64,000 nucleotides of DNA from Candidatus Bathyarchaeota archaeon (GCA_963827165.1 CAWGZR010000005.1:224001-288000), one strand, 5' to 3'; shown: positions 39,987 to 49,829, counted from the first letter of the stretch. Notes: generated by a model from the letters alone, not told the origin. Numbers and translations are program-made.

Positions 39987-40169
39987 TTAACCGTTTACAT
40001 TCTCTTTTTCACGAGCCTTTCCTTCCTGAATTAGTCTTCGAACTCTTTGCCCGCCCTTGGTACCTATTTCACTGTAGAATTCGCGCCCATGGGTTTCAGC
40101 AGTTTTCTCTCCGCCCATACGTCCAGCGGCCTCGACAGTCATCTTACCACTTCTTTTCTCTTTAGCCAA
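39987..40169 (-). CDS. KGG-repeat (GsiB/Em-like) general stress protein, short type
   Basis: GKMTVEAAGRMGG, HGREFYSEIGTKGG; GGAGGTGA RBS. Confidence 0.88.
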   Translation of the reverse strand: MAKEKRSGKMTVEAAGRMGGEKTAETHGREFYSEIGTKGGQRVRRLIQEGKAREKENVNG

Positions 40170-40303
40170 AATAATTCACCTCCAAATACAGGAAGAGCCA
40201 TGCAAAATCAAAATGGATTTACCAACAACAAAACGTTCTCAGATTCTTCTAGTTCAAAGAAACTAGCCGGGTTTTGAAATGTAAAGCACGGAAACAATCA
40301 AGC

Positions 40304-40555
40304 TTATTCGTCTTCATGTTCTCTGCCGGCTTGAATTAGTCTTCGAACTTTTTGTCCTCCCCTGTGCCCTGCTTCTTCAAGACTTGTTTTTCCCATTGCT
40401 TCCGGAGAGCCCTCATGTTGCTTGGCACGCTGCGATCCTCCTTTGCTTCCTATCTCAATATAAAATTCAGGTCCGTGAGTTTCGGCCGTTCTTTCTCCGC
40501 CTAAGCGCCCAGCTTCCTCAACCGTCATCTTTCCCTTCCTTTTGCTTTCGCCCAA
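40304..40555 (-). CDS. KGG-repeat (GsiB/Em-like) general stress protein, long type
   Basis: GKMTVEEAGRLGG, HGPEFYIEIGSKGG; GGAGGTGA RBS. Confidence 0.88.
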   Translation of the reverse strand: MGESKRKGKMTVEEAGRLGGERTAETHGPEFYIEIGSKGGSQRAKQHEGSPEAMGKTSLEEAGHRGGQKVRRLIQAGREHEDE

Positions 40556-40638
40556 AATATGTCACCTCCGAAACTCGCGTCGGCGTTTTTTCTTTACGAC
40601 TTGGTCGCTTTCTTAGTTTTCTATCTCTTGACACGACA

Positions 40639-40674
40639 CTTAAAGATATGTGGCTGCCCTAGCACAGTAACATG
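40639..40674 (-). promoter_or_regulatory. Promoter of KGG unit 2
   Basis: CATGTTAcTG-N8-CAgCCACATAtcTTTAaG, aligns without gaps to 41423-41458. Confidence 0.6.
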
Positions 40675-40776
40675 GAAGAAGCTTTTCTCTAAGATCAGCA
40701 AGCTAAATTGTTTCAAACAAACAGTCAGGTTTTGATTTTTGCGGATTTCTAAAGAATAAACGCAGGAAGACCAAGT

Positions 40777-40965
40777 TTATTCTATTTCGTGTTCTTTTCC
40801 TGCCTCTATAAGTTTACGGACTCTTTGCCCACCTTTTGGCCCACCTATTTTGCCGCCTTTACGGCCTATTTCACTGTAGAATTCTTCTCCATGAGTCTCA
40901 GATGTTCGCAGTCCACCTTTCCGCCCTGCCTCTTCAACCGTCATTTTACCCTTTTCTCGAGACAA
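40777..40965 (-). CDS. KGG-repeat general stress protein, short type
   Basis: GKMTVEEAGRKGG, HGEEFYSEIGRKGG; GGAGGTGA then TTG. Confidence 0.88.
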   Translation of the reverse strand: MSREKGKMTVEEAGRKGGLRTSETHGEEFYSEIGRKGGKIGGPKGGQRVRKLIEAGKEHEIE

Positions 40966-41047
40966 CCAGGTCACCTCCTAAAAAACGCGTCAAAAACTCA
41001 AAATTTAAAAAACAACTAACAAAAAATAATTTCAAAAAATAGAGCTT

Positions 41048-41362
41048 TTATTCTTCCTCGTGCTCTTTGCCGGCTTGGATTAACCTTCGGACTCTTTGAC
41101 CGCCTCTATGTCCTGCTTCTTCGAGGCTTGTTTTACCCATTGCCTCACTTGTGCCTTCATGCTGTTTGGCTCTTTCAGATCCGCCTTTGCTTCCTATCTC
41201 ACTGTAGAATTCTGGTCCACGCTCTGCAGAAACCTTTTCGCCGCCTTTTCGACCGATTTGCTCATAAAATTCGCGGCCATGTGTTGAAGCGGTTTTTTCT
41301 CCGCCTTTCCTTCCTGCCTCCGCGACGGTCATTTTGCCTTTTCTTTCCTCACGCATACTCAA
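41048..41362 (-). CDS. KGG-repeat general stress protein, long type
   Basis: AGRKGG, FYEQIGRKGG, FYSEIGSKGG; GGAGGTGA then TTG. Confidence 0.88.
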   Translation of the reverse strand: MSMREERKGKMTVAEAGRKGGEKTASTHGREFYEQIGRKGGEKVSAERGPEFYSEIGSKGGSERAKQHEGTSEAMGKTSLEEAGHRGGQRVRRLIQAGKEHEEE

Positions 41363-41422
41363 AAATGTCACCTCCATTTTAACTGCGCAAAAGTTTACAA
41401 TATAAGAGGCCGAACAACCGCT

Positions 41423-41458
41423 CATAAACTTATGTGGTTGTAGCATAGCAATAACATG
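41423..41458 (-). promoter_or_regulatory. Promoter of KGG unit 1
   Basis: CATGTTAtTG-N8-CAaCCACATAagTTTAtG, aligns to 40639-40674. Confidence 0.6.
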
Positions 41459-41603
41459 CCAACTAAGCCTTTGCATCTATGTTCCATGCATGGAGAAATA
41501 AACAGGAAACAGATAATTCCGAAAATGTTCTATAACATAAGGGTTAATGAGTTAACTTAAATATCCCAAAGAAATCAAATCTATAACCATTGGGTAACCG
41601 TTA

Positions 41604-43082
41604 ATGAAAGTGCTTCTCGTCAATCCTCCACAGACGTTTTATCCAGGCTCAGAGACACCAGCGGGCAACCTTCCCCTCGGCCTAATGTATATAGCCGCGA
41701 CGCTTATCAAAACAGGATACCAAACGGAAATTTTAGATGCATTCATGGCGGATGGATTAGTCCAAAAAAACGGCGAAACCCTAAATGTCGGCATGACTTT
41801 TGAACAGATAAAACAAGAAATTGCTAGCCGAGAACCTGATATTGTTGGCATAGCAGGACCGTTTACTTGCCAAATAGAGAATTCAATTAAAGTAAGCGAT
41901 TTAGCGAAACAAGTAAACTCCGAAATCTTAACGGTTGTAGGTGGACCTCACGTCACCACTGTCCCGAAGGGTTTTCTTGAGGAGGCGAAAAGCGTTGACA
42001 TCGCAGTTGCTGGCGAAGGCGAATACATAATGCCTGAGATCGCAGCGTTTTTTGAAGGAAAAAAAGCCTTAAATGAAATTCGGGGGATTGCTTTTCGCCA
42101 GGATGGAGAAGTTAAAGTAAACTCTTCCAGAGACTTTATCAAGAACTTAGATGAGCTTCCGTACCCAGCCTACGACCTTGTGGATATGGAGAAGTACCTG
42201 AATCCCAAGATAGGTTACAGAAGCTTCAGAAAAAGAGCCGTCTCGATGGTTACTAGCAGGGGCTGCCCGTTTAACTGTTGTTTCTGCTCAGTTCACCTAC
42301 ACATGGGTCAAGGATTCAGAGCCCACTCCGCAAACTACGTTTTAAACCACATTGAATACATAGTTGAAAAATTCGATGTCAAGAACATTTTCTTTGAAGA
42401 TGACAACTTAACTCTTGACTTGGCAAGGTTTGAAGCCATCTGCGACGGGTTGATTACGAAGAAAATTAAGATCGGTTGGGAAACCCCAAACGGAGTGCGT
42501 GCTGATTGCTTGAACCTGAGTTTGCTTCAGAAAATGAAGAAGTCAGGTTGTAAAAGCGTCTTTTTCGGGGTAGAGTCAGGTGACCAGCAAATACTGGACA
42601 ATATAATCTGCAAGAGTTTAGACCTCAAGCGTGTGGTTGAGGTTGCAAAAATCTGCAAGAACATCGATTTGAAAACAGGCGCCTTCTACATCATCGGTTT
42701 TCCAGGCGAAAAAAAAGAAAACATGCAGAAAACAGTAGATTTTGCCTTGAAACTAAAGCGAGATTATGACGTTGGCATGCATCTCTTCATGGCCACTCCA
42801 TCGTATGGTACAAGGCTATATGAAGAATGCAAATCTAAAGGGTACATAAAGAATAACTTAGGTTGGGATTCTTTTGCTGCGGCTCGCCAGCCAAAGGGGA
42901 TGCCGCTGATTTCTACGCCGGATTTCGCTCCTGAAGAAGTTAAGGAAATTGCCGCTAAAGCGCTTGAAGAATACAAGAAACTGTCATTGAGAAATCACCT
43001 AAAAAACCCTCGAAAAGCACTCAGAACGGCGTTCGAGCAACCGCAGCTCATTGCGAAGTACGTAAGAAACCTCTTCACCTAA
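41604..43082 (+). CDS. B12-binding-domain radical SAM protein
   Basis: PLGLMYIAA, VGGPH, GEGE, SRGCPFNCCFC, FEDDN, GVESG. Confidence 0.93.
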   Translation: MKVLLVNPPQTFYPGSETPAGNLPLGLMYIAATLIKTGYQTEILDAFMADGLVQKNGETLNVGMTFEQIKQEIASREPDIVGIAGPFTCQIENSIKVSDLAKQVNSEILTVVGGPHVTTVPKGFLEEAKSVDIAVAGEGEYIMPEIAAFFEGKKALNEIRGIAFRQDGEVKVNSSRDFIKNLDELPYPAYDLVDMEKYLNPKIGYRSFRKRAVSMVTSRGCPFNCCFCSVHLHMGQGFRAHSANYVLNHIEYIVEKFDVKNIFFEDDNLTLDLARFEAICDGLITKKIKIGWETPNGVRADCLNLSLLQKMKKSGCKSVFFGVESGDQQILDNIICKSLDLKRVVEVAKICKNIDLKTGAFYIIGFPGEKKENMQKTVDFALKLKRDYDVGMHLFMATPSYGTRLYEECKSKGYIKNNLGWDSFAAARQPKGMPLISTPDFAPEEVKEIAAKALEEYKKLSLRNHLKNPRKALRTAFEQPQLIAKYVRNLFT

Positions 43083-43165
43083 ACCGCTGAGGCTTTGAAA
43101 TCAGCCAATAAAACATGTCACACACTATTTTGAATTGAAACCGCATTTGTCGCAAAAATAAAGCG

Positions 43166-43321
43166 CTATACAAAAGCAGTCGTTCTCCATTTTTCTTTCA
43201 GGCGTGGTAATATCTTTACCGCAGTTTTGACAGCTAACCATGCAGGCACACGCTTTTGGAAGTTTACATGTCTCGGCGTGGGTGATATTTCAACACTTGT
43301 TGTCTCATTTTTTAACAACAT
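43166..43321 (-). other. 51-aa ORF resembling ribosomal protein eL39 (divergent or decayed copy)
   Basis: KRVPAWLAVKT..K........WR matches eL39 RRVPxWxxxKT...WR; N-half poorly conserved. Confidence 0.4.
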
Positions 43322-43426
43322 CTCTTGCCCCAAAACAAAAACAGGAAAAAACGGAACCCGAAACGATAACGGCTCCAATTCAATTACTTTAATATGTTCA
43401 TGAAGCCGTGTCTTGTACGGATATCA

Positions 43427-45799
43427 ATGCAAAAACGCATATGGCTGCTAGTTGCTCTGCTGTCCCTCACGTTAATTCAAGCCTTTGGCACGCCGTTGGC
43501 TTTAGGTGCCTCAGCCAATGCGAGCTTGGCTAGCAGCGAATGGGCGATGTTCCGCCAAGACCCAAGCCACAGCGGCTACGTTGCAAATAACGCCACAACG
43601 AATTCTGCTCAACTTCTATGGAATTACTCAACCGACAGAATGGTACAGTCTTCGCCAGCTATTGCATACGGATGCCTGATCGTCGGCTCCAGAGACAGCC
43701 AAGTTTACTGCTTAAACGCCTCCAACGGGGAACTAATCTGGAAGTCTCCAATCAAATCTGAAGTTTGGTCGTCCCCAGCAATCTTCAACTACAGCATCTA
43801 CATCGGAGCTGACGACAGCTACCTCTACTGCCTAAACATAATGAACGGGGTGCCTCTTTGGCGGTCCCAAATCGGAGGAGGACCTGTAAGATCTTCTCCA
43901 ACAATAGCTAACGGCGTAGTCTACGCAAGTTCCCAAAATAATCTCTATGCCCTAAACGCAACAAATGGCAACACGCTTTGGAAACTGCAAAACCTAAACC
44001 CGATAAACTCGTCCCCTGCATTTTCAAACGGTACAGTTTACATAGCCAGCGGTGACGGCCACATCTACGCTTTCAACGCATCGACCGGAATAAAGATCTG
44101 GGCGCATGCAATCAGAACTTCTGAGTCTTCTTCCCCAGCCGTCGCGAACGGTTACGTCTACATCGGCACATATGATGGCTACCTTTGCGCCTTGAACGCC
44201 TCCACCGGCACACAGGTTTGGAAGTTCCAAACAGCCGATGAGATAGAATCTTCCCCAGCAATCGCATACGACTGTGTATACGCTGGCTCCGAAGACAACA
44301 ACCTCTATTGCCTAAACGCAACGTCGGGTAGCAAAATCTGGCAGAGTCCAACAGGGTACTGGATCACATCTTCCCCAGCAATCGCAGGCGGCAACGTTTA
44401 CGTGGGTTCCCAGGATGACAACATCTACTGCTTCAACGCGGCCACAGGAATTAGAGAATGGAGTTACCAAACGGGAAACCTCATAGAATCTTCTCCAGCA
44501 ATCGCAAACAACGTTTTGTATATTGGCTCAGATGACTGGAAAGTCTATGCTTTAGCCTTAACCAACTCAACCGTTCCCCCTCAGCCTTCGCCATCCGCCA
44601 ATCCGATGCCTATAACGACAATAGTGTTTGACGGGATCGCATGCGCCATTGGAGCTGTTGCCATTTTTGTGGTCGCACGATATGTTTACTTTACGCAACG
44701 GCGGAACAAAACCAAGCCAAGCGTTCTCCCATCGCAAGAAAGCTCATGGCTTCAAAGGCATGCCGACGCCGTTTTCATTTTATCAATTCTTGCGTTTTCA
44801 TCGATTTTCTTCGTCAACTTAGGAAAGGGGGTTCTACAAACGGCTGATGAACAAACCTATTCGCAGTGGGCTTACCACATGGTTAAAACCGGCGATTACT
44901 TGACGCCCTGGGCTAACGGCGCAATATCCTTTATGATTGGGAAACCGCCCTTCTTGATGTGGCTCATGTCTTTAGCCTACCAAGTCTTTGGAGTGACCAA
45001 TTTCGCGTCTAGAATTTGGACTGTTGGTTTTGGCGCCATGTCCCTTGTCCTTATCTACCATTTAGGAAAGAAACTTTACAATCGTCCCGTTGGATTCCTG
45101 TCAGCGATTGTTTTAGGCACCTTCATAACCTACAACGTTTTCGCAAGGTACGCAATGACCGACGTCCCGTTAACCTGCTTCGTTTTGGCAAGCATATATT
45201 TCTTCGTCTTAAGCGAGGAAAAAGAAAAACAAATTCGAAATGCAACTTTAAGCGGCTTGTTTTTCGGCTTAGCTCTGATGACAAAGCAGATTGCTGCCCT
45301 GTTGATTCCGCTAATTATTTTTGCCTATTTGGTTACGACGAGGAGGAGCCTGCGGTTTCTCTTCAAGAAGAGCTTTACTCTTTTGTGGGGTGTTGGGCTT
45401 CTGTTGTTTTCTCCCTGGCTTATTTACATGGCAGCCCGATTTGGAAATCAGTTTTGGCAGTGGTACTTCCTCTACGCCGACGTCGAACGGTCTGCGAGCG
45501 CTGTTGAGGGTCACTTTGCAAGCTGCCTCTTCTACTTCAACTATTTAGTGCACAACGACAACTGGCTTTGGCTCGCACTGTTACCCTTCGCTGTGGCAAC
45601 CTGCGCTTACGAAGCCATTGCAAAACGGAAAAAACCGGATATGCTTGTCTTCCTTTGGATGGCGATCGTTCTCTTAGTGTTCAGTTTAGCGCAAACAAAA
45701 ATTTACTGGTACATCATGCCAGTTTTCCCTGCCTTCGCATTAGCTATTGCAGCTCTACTATTCCTATTTGTAAAGAGAATAACCCAACAATTAAGATGA
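43427..45799 (+). CDS. Fusion of secreted PQQ-like beta-propeller and ArnT/PMT-like (GT-C) glycosyltransferase
   Basis: Signal peptide, about 8 SSPAIA..VY.GS.D...Y.LNA..G..W repeats, TM, then DE..Y, KPP..W, TD, MTK multi-TM domain. Confidence 0.88.
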   Translation: MQKRIWLLVALLSLTLIQAFGTPLALGASANASLASSEWAMFRQDPSHSGYVANNATTNSAQLLWNYSTDRMVQSSPAIAYGCLIVGSRDSQVYCLNASNGELIWKSPIKSEVWSSPAIFNYSIYIGADDSYLYCLNIMNGVPLWRSQIGGGPVRSSPTIANGVVYASSQNNLYALNATNGNTLWKLQNLNPINSSPAFSNGTVYIASGDGHIYAFNASTGIKIWAHAIRTSESSSPAVANGYVYIGTYDGYLCALNASTGTQVWKFQTADEIESSPAIAYDCVYAGSEDNNLYCLNATSGSKIWQSPTGYWITSSPAIAGGNVYVGSQDDNIYCFNAATGIREWSYQTGNLIESSPAIANNVLYIGSDDWKVYALALTNSTVPPQPSPSANPMPITTIVFDGIACAIGAVAIFVVARYVYFTQRRNKTKPSVLPSQESSWLQRHADAVFILSILAFSSIFFVNLGKGVLQTADEQTYSQWAYHMVKTGDYLTPWANGAISFMIGKPPFLMWLMSLAYQVFGVTNFASRIWTVGFGAMSLVLIYHLGKKLYNRPVGFLSAIVLGTFITYNVFARYAMTDVPLTCFVLASIYFFVLSEEKEKQIRNATLSGLFFGLALMTKQIAALLIPLIIFAYLVTTRRSLRFLFKKSFTLLWGVGLLLFSPWLIYMAARFGNQFWQWYFLYADVERSASAVEGHFASCLFYFNYLVHNDNWLWLALLPFAVATCAYEAIAKRKKPDMLVFLWMAIVLLVFSLAQTKIYWYIMPVFPAFALAIAALLFLFVKRITQQLR

Positions 45800-46126
45800 A
45801 AAACGTTTGGTAGCACGTTTCCGCTAAGGTGATCCTTTTTATGGATTCCCATGTTCTTTCGGCTTTAATCATTCTGAGTCACTTGATGTTTTATGCGATC
45901 TACCCGAAATTTTTCTGCTATTGATCTATAGATAGGAAGAATCGGTTCCTAATCATCAAATATATTTATCAGTTATGCTAGAAGTCCAGTGGATTTGCAA
46001 GAGCTAACTTAGAAGAAGCGCTTGTATGAGAGTAGGAATCTGCCTGAAGCCTGTGGGCTTGGCTGTTGGCTGTTCTACGATTAATTGCGAAATCTGAGGT
46101 TTCAAAAAATATTATGAGGATAAAAC

Positions 46127-49100
46127 ATGAAGAATCTACAAGTCTTAGCAATTACAGTTCTAATTGCGTTATCAATTTGCGCATTCGCGGCTATACAAGC
46201 TAGAGCTCAGGGCACTGTTTCTTACTTGATCGTTTCAAGCGGTCCTTCTCAGAGTGCGGGTTTGCCTTTCACTTTCACTGTTACAGCTTATAACTCGGAT
46301 GGCACAGTGGCGACGGGCTACACAGATACGGTAACATTCACTTCTTCGGATTTGGGAAAAGACGCAGTTTTGCCACCTGATTATACGTTTACCGCTGCGG
46401 ATACTGGAGCAGCAAGTTTCTCAGCTACACTAGTAACTGCCGGTATCCAGTCGATTATAGCAACCGATACCTCGAACAGTTCGATTAATGGTTTACAAAG
46501 TGGCATCCAAGTTAATCCGGGTGCTTTGAATCACTTTGGCATCTCAGTTCCAAGTTCAGTGACGGCGGGTTCAAGTTTTGGAGGTGTCACCGTGACAGCT
46601 TATGACGCTTATAACAACGTGATTGCGAATTATGCTGACTCAATCTATTTCACTTCCTCAGATCCAGCAGCTACTTTGCCTTACACTTCCTTGGGTGAAT
46701 ACCCCTTTGTTAGTAACGACAGTGGATCTCACACATTTTCTGGTTTCACTTTGGACAGTGCCTCCTCTCAAACAATTACTGTCACCGACGGCGCATTGCC
46801 AACACAAAGCACGTCAATAACAGTGAATGTTGGTTCAGTAAGTAAGTTTGTTGTCGGTAGCCCAGCTTCAGCGACCGCTGGGACTGGTTTCACCCTCACC
46901 GTCACCGCTGAAGACGCTTATGGGAACATTGTCACAAATTACACCGGTCCTGCCGGTCTGAGCGCTTCATCGGGAACAATTGCTCCCACGACCACGGGAA
47001 CTTCCGGCTGGACGAGCGGAGTTTGGAGTAGCCCGGTTACTTTGACGACCGCAGGGACGATTATTGTCACCGTCGATGATGGCAAAGGCCAAACCGGCAC
47101 CGCTTCTGTAACTATAAGTGCTGGTCCTTTGGCTACTGTTACTGTTTCTGGTCCATCTTCGGTTACGGCTGGCGGAACCGCGACTTTCTCCGCCTCAGGT
47201 TACGACGCCGAGGGCAACAGTTTAGGCGTCCAGACAGCTGCCTGGAGTATTACGCCGGGCGCCGCTGGTTCTTGGAGCAGTGACATTTATACTTCTTACA
47301 CAACCGGGTCTTGGACTATTACAGCAACGGTTTTAGGTTTTGCTGGCACAGCGCCCTTAACCGTGACTGAAGGTGCTTTGGCTACGCTTTCGATTACCGG
47401 GCCATCTTCTGTTATTGCGGGCGCAGATGCAACTTTCACCGCTACCGGTTTTGACGCAGAAAGCAATAGCTTGGGAGTTGAGGCAGCTTCTTGGAGCATA
47501 AGCAGTGGTGCCAACGGTTCCTGGGTTCAAAGTACTGGCACGTATACTTCAGATATAGCTGGAGCCTGGACTGTTTCGGCTTTGGTTTCTGGTGTCACTG
47601 GAACGGCTTCTTTAGCGGTGAATTCGGGTCCTGCTACTAGCTTTTTGGTTTTGGGGTTTCCAACTCCTGATGCGGCGGGTGTCGCTCACACAGTCACGGT
47701 TACAGCTTTTGATGCATATGGAAATGTAGCTACTGGCTATATTGGCACAGTTAAGATTACTTCAAGCGATGGAGAAGCCGCTTTGCCTGTGAATGCTGGC
47801 CTCAGTAATGGCGCTGGTCCTTTTAGTATCATTTTAGAAACGGCTGGCCCACAATCGATCACTGCGACAGACACTGTTACTAACTCTATTGCTGGATCTC
47901 AAACAGGCATAACGGTGGACGCTGGAGCATTAGCCACAGTTACGGTTTCTGGCCCAACGTCGGTTACTGCCGGAGCAACTGCAGCTTTCACCGCTACGGG
48001 TTACGACGCTGAAAGCAACAGTTTAGGGGCTCAGACAGCTTCATGGGGCATAACCAATGGAGCTGGCGGTTCTTGGGTTCAGAGTACTGGTGTTTATACT
48101 TCGCAGACCACTGGGTCATGGACCGTGCAAGCTTCCGTTTCAAGTGTGGTCGGAACTGCTTCGTTGACCGTGAACCCTGGTGTTGCTGCTCGCTTAGCAG
48201 TTTCATGTGAGACATCTCAGATCGCAGGCACTCCGTTTACCGTTACGGTTACCGCAGTTGACGCTTATGGAAATACAGCCAAAGAATATGCTGGAACTAT
48301 TCATTTTAGCTCTTCCGACTCTGGGTCTGGAGTAAGCTTGCCCAGCGATTATACATTCCAATCTGATGATCTCGGTACTCACACTTTTTTTGACAACGTC
48401 ACTTTGATAACGATTGGCACCCAGTCAATAACAGCTACTGATACCGTGAGCAACTCACTTACCGGTTCCCAGACCAGCATAACAGTCACCGTTGCCTTAG
48501 GCATTCACTTTGTGGTTTCGGGTTTCACGAGCCCCGCTACTGCCGGCGTTGCTTCTGCCGTAACAGTAACCGCTAAAGACCTGTATGGAAACGTGGACGC
48601 AAATTATACTGGAACGGTCTCGATTACTTCAAGTGACAGCAAAGCGATTTTGCCTTCCAATACTACTCTTACTTTGGGTATTGGCGCTTTTACAGTTACT
48701 CTGGAGACTGCCGGCACTCAGTCGATTACAGCAACCGACACAACAAATAGCACGATTAGTGGAACTGAAACGGGCATTTCTGTTGCTCATACAGCCGTAG
48801 CCCAAGTGGTAATTTCTCCCGCTGATTCATCGATAACTGCCGGAGAGTCACTCATTTGTTTTGCCACGGCTTCAGACGTTTACGGCAACACTTGGAATGT
48901 AACTTCCACAACAACTTGGGGGATAAACTCTCAGGCGGGAGGCTCATGGAGCAACAACGTTTACACTTCTGAAAAGGCTGGTTTCTGGAATGTGACTGGA
49001 ACCATAAACGATGTGCCTTACATTACAGGTTTGACAGTTAATCCCGCTAGCATGGATCATTTTGCCTTTAACACCGTTGCAACCCAGACTGCCGGCTCCG

Positions 49101-49807
49101 GCTTCAGCATAACAATCACTGCCCTTGACGCATACGGCAACACGGTTACTGGGTACAGTGGCACGCCAGCTTTGAGTGTTTCAAATGGAACCATCGCTCC
49201 GACTGTTACCGGAGTTTTCTCGAGCGGCGTTTGGACAGGAATAATTAATCTGACAGCGCCCAGTTTAGACGTTACAATTAAGGCTGCGGACAGTAGCTAT
49301 TCGGGGGTGAGCACCCCTTTTGCGATCAATCCTACTATTTTTGCTTCTGCCGGCTTGGGCGGATCAATTAGTCCGACTGGAAGTATAACCGTTAACTACG
49401 GCGGCAGTCAAGAGTTCAATATATCGGCAAATGCGGGTTACTCTGTAGCGGATGTTTTGGTTAATGGGGCTTCAGTCGGCGCCGTCAGTTCCTACACTTT
49501 CAGCAACGTTGAGGATGAATATAACATATCTTCAACATTTGTCAGCACCCCAACTTCAACCCCTGTCCCAACGCCATTGCCCTCGACGTCCCCCCAGCCC
49601 ACTGCCTCTCCCGAACCGACGACTAGACCCATGCCTACTGGTACTCCCGGCGTACCTGTACCGACCACGCATAAACCAACTTCGTTACCAACGATAGGAC
49701 CATCTCTGGAAGTTGTGCTTGTCGTCCTTACAACTACCGCCGGAATAATCATAGTCATGACTGTTATAGTTGTCGTGCGGCTAGGACGAAAACCTAAAGA
49801 AACATAA
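46127..49807 (+). CDS. Large Ig-like repeat cell-surface protein
   Basis: Signal peptide, repeated TVTA.DAYGN and G.D..GN modules, Pro/Thr linker, C-terminal TM and basic tail. Confidence 0.88.
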   Translation: MKNLQVLAITVLIALSICAFAAIQARAQGTVSYLIVSSGPSQSAGLPFTFTVTAYNSDGTVATGYTDTVTFTSSDLGKDAVLPPDYTFTAADTGAASFSATLVTAGIQSIIATDTSNSSINGLQSGIQVNPGALNHFGISVPSSVTAGSSFGGVTVTAYDAYNNVIANYADSIYFTSSDPAATLPYTSLGEYPFVSNDSGSHTFSGFTLDSASSQTITVTDGALPTQSTSITVNVGSVSKFVVGSPASATAGTGFTLTVTAEDAYGNIVTNYTGPAGLSASSGTIAPTTTGTSGWTSGVWSSPVTLTTAGTIIVTVDDGKGQTGTASVTISAGPLATVTVSGPSSVTAGGTATFSASGYDAEGNSLGVQTAAWSITPGAAGSWSSDIYTSYTTGSWTITATVLGFAGTAPLTVTEGALATLSITGPSSVIAGADATFTATGFDAESNSLGVEAASWSISSGANGSWVQSTGTYTSDIAGAWTVSALVSGVTGTASLAVNSGPATSFLVLGFPTPDAAGVAHTVTVTAFDAYGNVATGYIGTVKITSSDGEAALPVNAGLSNGAGPFSIILETAGPQSITATDTVTNSIAGSQTGITVDAGALATVTVSGPTSVTAGATAAFTATGYDAESNSLGAQTASWGITNGAGGSWVQSTGVYTSQTTGSWTVQASVSSVVGTASLTVNPGVAARLAVSCETSQIAGTPFTVTVTAVDAYGNTAKEYAGTIHFSSSDSGSGVSLPSDYTFQSDDLGTHTFFDNVTLITIGTQSITATDTVSNSLTGSQTSITVTVALGIHFVVSGFTSPATAGVASAVTVTAKDLYGNVDANYTGTVSITSSDSKAILPSNTTLTLGIGAFTVTLETAGTQSITATDTTNSTISGTETGISVAHTAVAQVVISPADSSITAGESLICFATASDVYGNTWNVTSTTTWGINSQAGGSWSNNVYTSEKAGFWNVTGTINDVPYITGLTVNPASMDHFAFNTVATQTAGSGFSITITALDAYGNTVTGYSGTPALSVSNGTIAPTVTGVFSSGVWTGIINLTAPSLDVTIKAADSSYSGVSTPFAINPTIFASAGLGGSISPTGSITVNYGGSQEFNISANAGYSVADVLVNGASVGAVSSYTFSNVEDEYNISSTFVSTPTSTPVPTPLPSTSPQPTASPEPTTRPMPTGTPGVPVPTTHKPTSLPTIGPSLEVVLVVLTTTAGIIIVMTVIVVVRLGRKPKET

Positions 49808-49829
49808 AAGACGCAAATCCAAACGTAAC

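Noticed and set aside
39349-41362. Repeated DNA words as a CRISPR array
   Set aside because: Repeats are degenerate, in-frame coding repeats of KGG proteins, with no constant repeat-spacer period and no cas genes
43600-44560. Recurrent TCTTCCCCAGCAATCGC as a DNA repeat element
   Set aside because: Encodes the SSPAIA blade motif of the beta-propeller
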